DNA from: a virus
Lineage: Duplodnaviria > Caudoviricetes
IMG/VR virus record: IMGVR_UViG_3300021979_000004
Span: 153,983-217,982 of that record
Strand: one strand, 5' to 3'
Length of the DNA stretch: 64,000 bases
The notes under the pieces were generated by a model. That model saw nothing but the letters and a program-made list of their open reading frames with translations. It was not told where the DNA came from and ran no database searches. Of the stretch, positions 8,773 to 17,860 are shown one piece after another; within the stretch, counting starts at the first letter, position 1, and the number at the start of each line of letters is the position of its first letter. Both the position numbers and the translations under genes were made by a program.

Positions 8773-9517
8773 TGTTATCCCACCTTTCTGAAATTTCCTG
8801 TAGTGTCATTGATTTAAATCTTGGGTACTGATCAACTATGCATCTTAAGTTACAACGAAAATCATCTTCATTAAAACCTTTCGGCTTATGAATATAGTAA
8901 AGAGGATGAGTGTAATCACCCTTAAGTTTTTTCGTATTGGCGACACGCTTCATATCAGCAATACATGTAGGACGTGCACCTTTCATTTCCCACACATAAT
9001 TGAATCCTGCCATTACAAACGTGTTGGCCCGTTTTCTACTAGAAATGATCATCGACGGTTCAGTTTCGTCGTAATCCTTATCGGAACGAAGAAGACCACT
9101 GATGGTGCTTGTATGATAACTATCCCCATAGACACAATTGCGCCACGAAAGAAATATAAATTTACGGCACGATAGTTTATCCTTCTGCCACCCCAGACCA
9201 CGTGACATTATTTCACGGTCGATAACAAATCTAAAATCTTGATTACTGTTATACTCTTCATGGAAAATATTATAGTTCACTGTGTTATAAAGTTTTTCGT
9301 TAAGCATTTCTGACATATCTATGTTGATGATAGACAAGTCATCATCCTCTAATAGCTTAACGAAGCTATCATCATTTACTGGATCACACAGTAACTTTTT
9401 ATATTTTTTAGGCTGGCCCTTGGGAACTACAAAGTTCTTCTTTGATGTATTGAACCTTAGTTTTGGATTATCAATGTGTTCGTACAAACACGCCAGTGTG
9501 ATATTGTTGTCACTCAT
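8759..9517 (-). CDS. Hypothetical protein
   Basis: 252-aa ORF with a sigma70 promoter upstream. Confidence 0.55.
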   Translation of the reverse strand: MSDNNITLACLYEHIDNPKLRFNTSKKNFVVPKGQPKKYKKLLCDPVNDDSFVKLLEDDDLSIINIDMSEMLNEKLYNTVNYNIFHEEYNSNQDFRFVIDREIMSRGLGWQKDKLSCRKFIFLSWRNCVYGDSYHTSTISGLLRSDKDYDETEPSMIISSRKRANTFVMAGFNYVWEMKGARPTCIADMKRVANTKKLKGDYTHPLYYIHKPKGFNEDDFRCNLRCIVDQYPRFKSMTLQEISERWDNNDEY

Positions 9518-9544
9518 TTCTACTAATCCTTAAGAATTTTCCAA

Positions 9545-9605
9545 AGTGTATCATTTGTACATATTCATTTCAAGCTTGACACTCCACAATACACTAGTTT
9601 ATAAT
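9545..9605. promoter_or_regulatory. Divergent sigma70-like early promoters
   Basis: TTGAAA-17-TACACT (-; 9545-9573) and TTGACA-18-TATAAT (+; 9576-9605). Confidence 0.65.
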
Positions 9606-9631
9606 TGAATAAAATTTTAGAGGAATTTATT

Positions 9632-10027
9632 ATGGCCGGAAAAAACAAGCGTCCTTTGTACAGCGCATACGTTCTTACAAGTGAAGCACGTAACAAGCTT
9701 CTATCTATCTTTCCTGTTGCCTACCCTGCACGTGTCGTTGCACATCACGTAACAGTGCAATTTGGTAATGTGTCCGCAGATGACATTCCTACTGGTAAAG
9801 AAATCAAAGTAGTTGGAACCCTCGATACTGGCGATGGTCTTCAAGCGTTGGTTGTAAGTGTAGATGGTGAGGTTGACCGTCCTGATGGTTCGGTATATCA
9901 TATCACTTGGTCACTGGACAACGGGTACAAGCCAGTAGACTCAAACAAGATGATTAAGAAGCTCGGCTATACTCCAATTGATCACAAAGTATTGGTAGAT
10001 TTTGAGCCGAAAGTAGTATTTGTATAG
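9632..10027 (+). CDS. 2H phosphoesterase (cyclic phosphodiesterase, RNA-repair type)
   Basis: Two HxT motifs (HHVTVQF, YHITWS); start moved to ATG 9632 after GAGGA RBS. Confidence 0.75.
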   Translation: MAGKNKRPLYSAYVLTSEARNKLLSIFPVAYPARVVAHHVTVQFGNVSADDIPTGKEIKVVGTLDTGDGLQALVVSVDGEVDRPDGSVYHITWSLDNGYKPVDSNKMIKKLGYTPIDHKVLVDFEPKVVFV

Positions 10028-10036
10028 GAGCAGTAA

Positions 10037-10354
10037 ATGGGTATTTGGCAAAAATTAAAAGAAAAGTTTTCATCACCTAAACCTGATGATTCAGATGATG
10101 CACAGTTTAGTGATGAAGTACCAACTGGAAAAACTGATGCAGATAGTGTTGTGGTAGATGAACGTCTACAATGGATTATGGATAACTTCAGTGGTTGGCC
10201 TAGTCCAAGTTATGAATATGTCGCGCTCATTGAACAGCCTGATCCAGTTGTAGGAAGGAAGCGCACGTTGAAGTTCTTTAAGCGCCCAACTAATGAGGGT
10301 GTGGTAAGTTACCCACGTGATTTCATTGACAAACTTTTAGATAACGGAGAATAA
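10037..10354 (+). CDS. Hypothetical protein
   Basis: AGGAG RBS, operon spacing. Confidence 0.55.
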   Translation: MGIWQKLKEKFSSPKPDDSDDAQFSDEVPTGKTDADSVVVDERLQWIMDNFSGWPSPSYEYVALIEQPDPVVGRKRTLKFFKRPTNEGVVSYPRDFIDKLLDNGE

Positions 10355-10355
10355 T

Positions 10356-10727
10356 ATGTCTTCTAAATGGCAAAGGTTTAAACAATGGTGGTCGGAATCA
10401 TGGACCGCTTTTCGTCGCATGGAAACAATCAAGCAGTGTGGGTTTGATCCGTGGGAATATCAAGAAAAGATGAAATACCTTCATGAGCGTGTTACAAAGC
10501 TTGAAGAAGAAAATCGTCTTCTAAAGAAAGACCTTGATAATCAATTAAATGATATCAAAGATGCTGGATATGTTCACAGCGAAGACCTTGATTTCTATAA
10601 AAACGTTCACGATGAAGTGGTACAACTCCACAATAAGTTCCCTGTCCAACTTCGTAAGATGTGGTCTGGTGGTGAAATTGTACAATGGATTCGTAATGAA
10701 CAAATGCGTATATTGAAAAAGAAGTGA
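10356..10727 (+). CDS. Hypothetical coiled-coil protein
   Basis: GGAG RBS; heptad-like central helix; C-terminal FPVQLRKMWSGGEI motif. Confidence 0.55.
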   Translation: MSSKWQRFKQWWSESWTAFRRMETIKQCGFDPWEYQEKMKYLHERVTKLEEENRLLKKDLDNQLNDIKDAGYVHSEDLDFYKNVHDEVVQLHNKFPVQLRKMWSGGEIVQWIRNEQMRILKKK

Positions 10728-10734
10728 GGTTGAT

Positions 10735-10932
10735 ATGAAATTTACAAGACAACCAAAGCCAAATCGCTTTGATGAACGTACTATCACTAAGTTTGCACTA
10801 TGGCCTGTGACCGCACGAACAAGCAATGGTCGGATTGAAACCCGCTGGCTTGAAAAGGTTACAGTGACACAAAAGTATTATCCCCAAGATAGTAATCGTG
10901 AAGCTTGGGTTAGCATGGAGTTTGAAAGCTAA
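10735..10932 (+). CDS. Small hypothetical phage protein
   Basis: GAGG RBS; FALWPV...RWLEKV pattern. Confidence 0.55.
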   Translation: MKFTRQPKPNRFDERTITKFALWPVTARTSNGRIETRWLEKVTVTQKYYPQDSNREAWVSMEFES

Positions 10933-11483
10933 TGACCACGGTAGTTGTTGACCTAACAAACCAAAAGATTGTTACCGACAGTCGTTGTACTGGTAATCGA
11001 AAGGTTAGTTATACGCTTTCATTTTTTAAAAAGAAACTTAAGCTTCCTTTCTTTAAGTTTCAGGAATGTGTTTCGACTGATGACTACACTGTTAAATCTG
11101 TACGAATTAATAAAAACGGATTTACTGAGTATGCAGTAGGGTCGGGAACCGTCCAAGAAATTAAAAAGTTTATAAAGAACTACAGCAACGACACGATTCC
11201 TAAAAAATTCCTTAAGGATTCAACAGTTTTGGTTGTTTCTTTTAACGGTTATCGGTGGGTTGTTAAGTCGTACAGTAATTCAACGTTGCATCTTTATGGA
11301 AGTGATGTAGACTGGATTACAAGTGGCTCTGGCAGTCAACTATCCGCCGCAGCTATGGATATGATTAGTGAAGAAAATAGAAACCGTGCTGAGAAAGCAG
11401 TAGAAGTTGCTATCAACAGGGATACTTACAGCGGTGGCGAAATAAGAACATTACAATTACAAGATTATTGCGATATTTATTAA
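10932..11483 (+). CDS. Ntn-hydrolase / proteasome-beta (HslV-like) protein
   Basis: N-terminal MTT (Thr nucleophile), DSR, GSGS, and A..A...D..SGG..  motifs. Confidence 0.65.
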   Translation: MTTVVVDLTNQKIVTDSRCTGNRKVSYTLSFFKKKLKLPFFKFQECVSTDDYTVKSVRINKNGFTEYAVGSGTVQEIKKFIKNYSNDTIPKKFLKDSTVLVVSFNGYRWVVKSYSNSTLHLYGSDVDWITSGSGSQLSAAAMDMISEENRNRAEKAVEVAINRDTYSGGEIRTLQLQDYCDIY

Positions 11484-11501
11484 AAGAAAAATAGGTGTAT
11501 T

Positions 11502-12053
11502 ATGAGACTAGCATTTGCTACTGGTATTAACGGCGAGTTTGCCAACAATGGTTCCCTACCTTGGGGTGTTCCAATTAAAGAAGATATGAATCATTTCGTT
11601 AAATTCTGTGCTGGAAAAGTAATGGTCATGGGTTATAAAACATGGCAATCGTTACCTGAGAAAGTCAGAGAAAAATATAAAACTCTGGTTGTTTTTACTC
11701 GAAAAGACGACACGTATTACAATTTCAAAGGTCTGAAGTTTGTTGTTGAGAATATGTCTCAATTCACATCATTTATTGAATTCCTCTCGCAATGTGAGGA
11801 TGGTCTTGATCAAAAGACTGAATACTGTGTTATTGGTGGTGCTGGTATTGTTGAGGACTGTTTGAAGAATTTGGAAAACTTCGATGCTGTACTTCATACA
11901 TTAGTTGATCCAAAGGAAGATGAACTTCCACATACTCAAGCAATATCAAATTCCCTAGTTACACGTTTGGATACATCATTTAAGCGCCAAGAACCGTTCT
12001 TTTATGAGAATGATAACTTTGGCATTACGGTAACCGAATACTATCGAGATTAA
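11502..12053 (+). CDS. frd: Dihydrofolate reductase
   Basis: GSLPW...EDMNHF, VMVMGYKTWQSLP, VIGGAGI motifs. Confidence 0.85.
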   Translation: MRLAFATGINGEFANNGSLPWGVPIKEDMNHFVKFCAGKVMVMGYKTWQSLPEKVREKYKTLVVFTRKDDTYYNFKGLKFVVENMSQFTSFIEFLSQCEDGLDQKTEYCVIGGAGIVEDCLKNLENFDAVLHTLVDPKEDELPHTQAISNSLVTRLDTSFKRQEPFFYENDNFGITVTEYYRD

Positions 12054-12054
12054 T

Positions 12055-12627
12055 ATGAATATCTTTAAAAGACTCAGAGAAAAAAGAAAGGCTAATCGCA
12101 TTCTTAGTAACTATAAAGAGAACGCGAAAAACATTCTTGTTGGAACTTTCACACGAGGATACTATCTTTCTAAGAAAAGTGGATGGGAATTAAAAGCCTT
12201 TAACAATTCCGTTCGAGTTTTTAATCTCACAGGGAACACTGAGTCATATAAGTTTCCAACGCATTTTGCTTTAAAAGGTCACACCGGAGTTGTCTATATA
12301 TTTTCTGGGTTAAAGACCGGAAGTAATAAAAATAATAAAGTAAGTGGCGATTTCGACAAATTTGATGATGCTTTTGTTAATCGAATGAAAAACTATATGT
12401 CAACTACTATTGATGGTGGAAAGGAAGCATTGGAAACAAAGCCTGAAGAAAATAGTATATGCATTCATTTGGATGCATTCGATAGGTTATATTTAACAGC
12501 CGTGTGTACTATTTCACAACCACATAAAATGATATACTTTGATGAACAGATTAATCTTTATGAACTAAAAAACAAAATTAAAGAACATCTTATAAAAGAA
12601 TGCTCAATGGTGAGAGATAATGAATAA
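12055..12627 (+). CDS. Hypothetical protein
   Basis: 190-aa ORF in operon. Confidence 0.5.
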   Translation: MNIFKRLREKRKANRILSNYKENAKNILVGTFTRGYYLSKKSGWELKAFNNSVRVFNLTGNTESYKFPTHFALKGHTGVVYIFSGLKTGSNKNNKVSGDFDKFDDAFVNRMKNYMSTTIDGGKEALETKPEENSICIHLDAFDRLYLTAVCTISQPHKMIYFDEQINLYELKNKIKEHLIKECSMVRDNE

Positions 12628-13153
12628 AATTCTATACTACGAAAACAGTGATGCCGTTCATCACTTTCTAACTAACAACAAATACAACATATTTGCACAT
12701 GGATCAAACTGCCAAGCAACTATGAATAGTGGTATTGCTCGTGATGTAAAAAGTCGTATTCCCGAATTGTATCATGCAGACCTTGAGTATCATTTAGAGG
12801 TTGGTGGTGATCATAATCAAAAGCTTGGTAAGTTCAGTATGGTAAGTTATGAAGATGAAGGTAAGCCACCTCATAAGATGGCATTCAACCTTTACACTCA
12901 ATTGTTTTACGGTACTGAGAGACGACACTTTAACTACGGTGCTTTTGTGGAAGCATTGGAAGCTGCCATTAATGAGGCTGTTCGAAGAAAGTGTTATGAC
13001 ACAAACAATTCGCTTAATAACACATTGAATGTTATAATCCCTAAGATAGGCTGTGGTTTAGGTGGCGGTGATTGGGAAATCGTCAGTGAAATTCTTCAGT
13101 ACAAAACATTTAGCAATGATGTGAAAGTAATCTTTCACGTACATATTAAGTAA
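12620..13153 (+). CDS. Macro-domain protein (ADP-ribose binding/hydrolase)
   Basis: AHGSNC..TMNSGIA, FNLYTQ, IPKIGCGLGGGDW motifs. Confidence 0.85.
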   Translation: MNKILYYENSDAVHHFLTNNKYNIFAHGSNCQATMNSGIARDVKSRIPELYHADLEYHLEVGGDHNQKLGKFSMVSYEDEGKPPHKMAFNLYTQLFYGTERRHFNYGAFVEALEAAINEAVRRKCYDTNNSLNNTLNVIIPKIGCGLGGGDWEIVSEILQYKTFSNDVKVIFHVHIK

Positions 13154-13163
13154 GGGTATCGTT

Positions 13164-13586
13164 ATGACTGGAATTCTATTAGCACTAAAAATATTTGGTA
13201 TGGCGTTGTTTTTTATAGTCCTTCCACTCTTTACTATTTTCTTTGGTATCATTTTGATTACCATGTATATCAATCATAAAATGGGAAGGCTTCATTCTTG
13301 GAAAAAAATGACACATCGTAGAGTATCCCCGAACATTATTTGGGCTGATGACTTCCGAGAAGCGTGTGAGTTGTTCTTGGAAAATTCTAACGATGAAAGA
13401 ATTAAGAGGGTGTTGCATAAGTGTATTATGAACTCAATGCCTTTGATTAATGATGGAGATATAAACCGCAATCGCTGTTCTATTACTGGAATTCCATCGT
13501 GGATGCTTAAAGAACAATTACGCATAAACCTGAAAGATCAGTACTATGTAGATAATTGGGGTGACATGCCTAAAAAAGTCGTGTAG
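13164..13586 (+). CDS. Hypothetical membrane-anchored protein
   Basis: Long N-terminal hydrophobic segment. Confidence 0.55.
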   Translation: MTGILLALKIFGMALFFIVLPLFTIFFGIILITMYINHKMGRLHSWKKMTHRRVSPNIIWADDFREACELFLENSNDERIKRVLHKCIMNSMPLINDGDINRNRCSITGIPSWMLKEQLRINLKDQYYVDNWGDMPKKVV

Positions 13587-13589
13587 AAT
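13561..13589 (+). promoter_or_regulatory. Sigma70-like promoter
   Basis: GTGACA-17-TAGAAT with TG before the -10. Confidence 0.45.
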
Positions 13590-13617
13590 ATAGTTAAATC
13601 AATCACAGGAGTAACTT

Positions 13618-15294
13618 ATGATTTATATTATGTTGGGCCTTGTTTGGGCGCTCATTGTTGGGGTAGGCTCTGCCTTTTCCTTTCGTAATTTCAGTGCACC
13701 TATCATCGGTGTTTTTTCTTTTATGGCGTTCCTTTTGGGAACTGCTATTGCTTATATGGCGACACCCTCAATTGGATTCTTCTACATTGGATTCTGGTTT
13801 TACGTGCTTCTTCCAATCGTTTTTGTGTTTTTTGTCTCCGCACTATCTGATAAAGATGTAGTGTCAGGTCTTCCTGCTGTGGCTATCGCCGTTGGGTTCG
13901 TTGCATTTCTTGGCCTTGCGTTTGTTACAACTTCAGAGTTTATGAACAGTGATCGTTACTATCAATTGCTAACGGTTAATACTGAGAAAGAGTTTGATCC
14001 TCAAAAGGTTTTCCTTGATCAGTCACAAGCACGGTTTGTAGATCAGTCTCTGGCATCACGCTCTGCTAATGAAATCCTTGGTAAAGAACGTGGTATGGCC
14101 TCTCGCTATAATGTAGATACTATGCGTATTCAAAACATTAATGGTGAGCTTCGCTGGTTGTCACCACTGAAACATGCTTCATTTACACGTTGGATTGATG
14201 ACAGTACCGCACCGGGATACGTATCTGTTAGTGTTAATGAGTATTCTGATTCCAAGATGAATGTTGATGATGTTGAAATCAACTATGGTACAAATGGGTT
14301 TTATTTCTCATCTGACGTAGAACGTCATGTGTATCAGAATGGTTTCTCAACAGTTATCGTTGATGACTACACTATGGAAGTTGACGATAGCGGTAAACCG
14401 TATTGGGTTGGCTCTATTCTTGAACCTAAAGTAGGTTTCTCTGGACATGTCGTTACTGGTATCGTTGTCGTAGATGCAAAGACTGGCGAAATCGACCAAT
14501 ATTCCGTAGAAGATGCGCCAGCTTGGGTTGATCGTATTCAACCAGAAGATGTAGTTCGTGACCTTACTACCTATTGGGGTAAGTATGCGAATAGCTGGTG
14601 GGATGGTTTTGTTGGTAACAATGTTGTAGTTCCAACATATGGTTCTTCCCTTGTGTTCTCCAAAGAAGGTAACTCTTCGTGGTATACTGGTATGCAATCC
14701 AGTAGTGGTAACAAAGAAAGCTCTATGGGCTTTATGCTGATCGACTCTCGTACCGGCGTAGCGTCTTTCTATCAGCGTTCTGGTATCACTGAAACGGTTG
14801 CCCTTCAGAGCATTGAAGGTCGTGTACAGGAAGCTGAATATAGCTCTTCTTATCCGGTTCCTTACTACATCGGTGGTACAACTACCTTCCTGTCAATCCT
14901 GAAGGATAAGCGTGGTAACGTACAAGGTGTTGGCCTTGTGTCGTATGACAATCGTTCCACGGTAGTCTATGGTGAGAACTTTAACATCGCACTACGTCGT
15001 TATATGTCAGCGCTGTCAAGTAATGGAAACACTCAGCTTGCAGAAGATGTTGAAATGCTGGTCATTTCTGGAACAGTTGATCGCTCATATGTACAGAGTG
15101 TAGACAGTCGTCTGGTATTGAACTTTACCCTTGAAGGCGAAGAGTATAAAGGTATCTTCTTCCTTACCTCTGCCGATAGCAATAAATCGGCTATGTTGAC
15201 TCGTGATGGTGACAACGTGCAGTTTGAAGTGTATGATATAGAAGGTACTGAAGTTCAAGCTTCTGAATTCACTAACACGACACTAGTACAATGA
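13618..15294 (+). CDS. Membrane protein with about 4 N-terminal TM helices and a large extracytoplasmic domain
   Basis: 558 aa; hydrophobic first ~100 aa then soluble beta-rich region; AGGAG RBS. Confidence 0.65.
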   Translation: MIYIMLGLVWALIVGVGSAFSFRNFSAPIIGVFSFMAFLLGTAIAYMATPSIGFFYIGFWFYVLLPIVFVFFVSALSDKDVVSGLPAVAIAVGFVAFLGLAFVTTSEFMNSDRYYQLLTVNTEKEFDPQKVFLDQSQARFVDQSLASRSANEILGKERGMASRYNVDTMRIQNINGELRWLSPLKHASFTRWIDDSTAPGYVSVSVNEYSDSKMNVDDVEINYGTNGFYFSSDVERHVYQNGFSTVIVDDYTMEVDDSGKPYWVGSILEPKVGFSGHVVTGIVVVDAKTGEIDQYSVEDAPAWVDRIQPEDVVRDLTTYWGKYANSWWDGFVGNNVVVPTYGSSLVFSKEGNSSWYTGMQSSSGNKESSMGFMLIDSRTGVASFYQRSGITETVALQSIEGRVQEAEYSSSYPVPYYIGGTTTFLSILKDKRGNVQGVGLVSYDNRSTVVYGENFNIALRRYMSALSSNGNTQLAEDVEMLVISGTVDRSYVQSVDSRLVLNFTLEGEEYKGIFFLTSADSNKSAMLTRDGDNVQFEVYDIEGTEVQASEFTNTTLVQ

Positions 15295-15758
15295 AAGTAA
15301 TCTATCTGGATATCGATCAAGTTCTTAACTGTCACGACGATCATGAACGATTGCATAACTCCCTTAAGTCTTCTGGTTTGATTCCAGAAGACATTTTATT
15401 CTTCTCTAGGGGAGACTATGTAGTTAAAGATAAGCTTGATCGACTGCATGAAATTGTAAATGAATACGATGCAAAGGTTGTTATCGTATCATCTTGGCAT
15501 ACCTTTGATGGAGAGGGTAAGCGCATTTGTCACTTCCTTGGTGTTAAGCATCATAGTGATGCTTACAATACCGGTGGGGGTGAAGCAAGGGGTCGTGGTG
15601 TGATTCAACATGCTAAAGACCATGGCATTGCCGATGAAGATTATATTATCATTGATGATGCTGAGTGTATGTATGAAGATCGTTCTAGGCTGGTGCATAT
15701 TGATGGTCGTAAAGGAATCACTGATGACGATGTTGAATATATTAAAAGGTTCTGGTAA
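15291..15758 (+). CDS. HAD-superfamily phosphatase (RNA-repair-associated type)
   Basis: IYLDIDQVLN (DxD), VIVSSW, YIIIDD, VHIDGRKGIT motifs. Confidence 0.75.
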   Translation: MKVIYLDIDQVLNCHDDHERLHNSLKSSGLIPEDILFFSRGDYVVKDKLDRLHEIVNEYDAKVVIVSSWHTFDGEGKRICHFLGVKHHSDAYNTGGGEARGRGVIQHAKDHGIADEDYIIIDDAECMYEDRSRLVHIDGRKGITDDDVEYIKRFW

Positions 15759-15760
15759 CT

Positions 15761-16303
15761 ATGTCGGTATATATGACTAAAAATTTAGAATTGTGTGTCG
15801 AGAAGCTTAGGCTTTATTCATCAAAAAGTGGTGCATTTAAACGTGATAAACCAGCAATCGTTTATAAAAAGAAAAAGTTTGATTCATTTCTTTATGCTTT
15901 CTTTCTATACCCATTACATAGAAAAGAAAGAGAACAGTTTATTAGTGATAGAAAAGCCATTAAAAATATTAAAGAAGCTGGTAAAGAATTAAGAAACCGA
16001 GACATTGATTTGAAGGTCTTAATGGCCTCAAATGATGTTAAGGAAGAAATGGTAATGATAGGTGTTGCTAGTCAAGATGACCATGATTGGGAATTTATGA
16101 GTGAACTGTATTTGAGAAATATATGTTACCCTCCTATCTATGAAAATAAAATCAGGCTGCTTAAGAACATCGATTATGTTTTAGAATGCAAATCATTAGA
16201 TAGGGAAAAGTCAAAACGTTATTTGAAACTTTTGAGAGAAATTAAACAGGAGCTAATTAATGACATCCCCAAAGGCGGTCGTGATAAGCGACTTACATTT
16301 TGA
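15761..16303 (+). CDS. Hypothetical protein
   Basis: 180-aa ORF in operon. Confidence 0.5.
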   Translation: MSVYMTKNLELCVEKLRLYSSKSGAFKRDKPAIVYKKKKFDSFLYAFFLYPLHRKEREQFISDRKAIKNIKEAGKELRNRDIDLKVLMASNDVKEEMVMIGVASQDDHDWEFMSELYLRNICYPPIYENKIRLLKNIDYVLECKSLDREKSKRYLKLLREIKQELINDIPKGGRDKRLTF

Positions 16304-17060
16304 ATCTATAGGTGATGATCTTTTTGAAACCTTCAAAGAAATCGTCCCTGAAAAAATAGCGGACTATATAATTCTTTGTGGAGACATTGACAATCGTACA
16401 CGAGGAATTTATTTTATTAGCTATCTTGTTGAACTTGGTTACAAAGTTATCTATGTGCCGGGTAATCATGAATATGAAGATTCAAATTTTGATCACGTCG
16501 ATAGTTATTATGAGGCGGTTGATCTTAAAAACTTTTATTACTTAAACAATAAGACTGAAATATTTGATGGTTTTCGTATCATAGGAAGTACATTGTGGGC
16601 ATCCGCCGATACGTTAAAGACTGATCCAATTGATGGTCCGATATTCTCTGAATCTGTTGACTATTTTGTTAGACAGAAACTTAAATTCATGATAGATTTT
16701 ACTAGTATCCATGGTTTTAGTGTTGATAAAATGGCTGAAAAGTTTAAAGAGAATTATGAATATATTTTAGAAGAATGCTCTAAGCCATTTGATGGCAAGA
16801 CAATTGTGGTAACACATCACGCACCTTCATTTGAAAGTTGTCTAAGTCGTTACCGTGGGAATACAACCAATCACGCATTTGCGAGTGATATGACATGTTT
16901 GATTGAAACGAATAAAATCGATTATTGGTTACATGGACATATGCATAATTCTTCTGATTACATTATTGGTGATACAAGAATTATATGTAACCCTAGAGGT
17001 AATCCATCGACTAAACTTAATTGGAATTTTGATAATAATAAAACAATAGACTTGGAGTAA
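16260..17060 (+). CDS. Calcineurin-like metallophosphoesterase
   Basis: ISDLH, CGDI, VPGNHEY, VTHHAP, HGHMH motifs. Confidence 0.9.
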   Translation: MTSPKAVVISDLHFESIGDDLFETFKEIVPEKIADYIILCGDIDNRTRGIYFISYLVELGYKVIYVPGNHEYEDSNFDHVDSYYEAVDLKNFYYLNNKTEIFDGFRIIGSTLWASADTLKTDPIDGPIFSESVDYFVRQKLKFMIDFTSIHGFSVDKMAEKFKENYEYILEECSKPFDGKTIVVTHHAPSFESCLSRYRGNTTNHAFASDMTCLIETNKIDYWLHGHMHNSSDYIIGDTRIICNPRGNPSTKLNWNFDNNKTIDLE

Positions 17061-17062
17061 TT

Positions 17063-17455
17063 ATGCAACAAAAACAAAACAACTACGCAATTCATTATCG
17101 TGCACAAGTTCTTGCTGATACTAATACCAAATACCGTCTAGCTCGTAGAATTATTGAGCTTGAAGATAAGATTAAAGAATATGAAGATAGCGGCGTTGTA
17201 GAACTGGACGCAGATAATAGAAACCATAACCTTAGAGAAGGTGAAGAGCATATCAAACATTGTATTTGTGGTTACAATGTGGCTGATGAAAATGTTCTAA
17301 TTGATAGCCTTTATCCAGCTAATCGTGAACGTACTCAATGGTTATTTGGTTGTATGGTTCATAATGGTGGTTGTGGTCGTCAAGTCTATTCAAATACAAA
17401 AGAAGATGTCATCAATCGTTGGAATAAAGGTGACATCGATGAATATATCAAGTAA
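17063..17455 (+). CDS. Zn-finger protein with C-terminal Lar (restriction alleviation)-like domain
   Basis: KHCICG ... C...GGCG ... KEDVINRWN resembles the Lar-family pattern. Confidence 0.45.
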   Translation: MQQKQNNYAIHYRAQVLADTNTKYRLARRIIELEDKIKEYEDSGVVELDADNRNHNLREGEEHIKHCICGYNVADENVLIDSLYPANRERTQWLFGCMVHNGGCGRQVYSNTKEDVINRWNKGDIDEYIK

Positions 17456-17464
17456 GGAAATACT

Positions 17465-17851
17465 ATGCCAAAGGTAAGCACACACGAAGATAGAATTAAT
17501 CCTAATCGTAAACGTAGATTACGTAAGAAACTTCATGTTTCTGAATTCAAAGAAACGGGTATGGAGTTGATGATCATGGGTCTATCATCAAGTGATGACG
17601 ATGATGATAAAATTGATGAGTTTCTAGATACACTAGAAAGAGTTGGAAAACAATATGGATGGAAATCTGGATATGTTTTATTCAGCAATGAGTTTTCATC
17701 CATCCTTTATATTAATATTAACGAGATAGCACTACAAGAAAACGGTGGTGTTGATAATTTTATTGATGACCTTATCAAAGAGAGTGAGTATAATATCACA
17801 GTAGAACATGTGGAAGATGCACACTATCCTGACGAAGATGTGTATTATTAA
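17465..17851 (+). CDS. yggL: YggL/DUF469-like ribosome-binding protein
   Basis: NRKRRLRKKLHVSEFKETG matches the YggL N-terminal signature NRSRRLRKKMHIDEFQELG as recalled. Confidence 0.7.
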   Translation: MPKVSTHEDRINPNRKRRLRKKLHVSEFKETGMELMIMGLSSSDDDDDKIDEFLDTLERVGKQYGWKSGYVLFSNEFSSILYININEIALQENGGVDNFIDDLIKESEYNITVEHVEDAHYPDEDVYY

Positions 17852-17860
17852 CTAAAAGAT

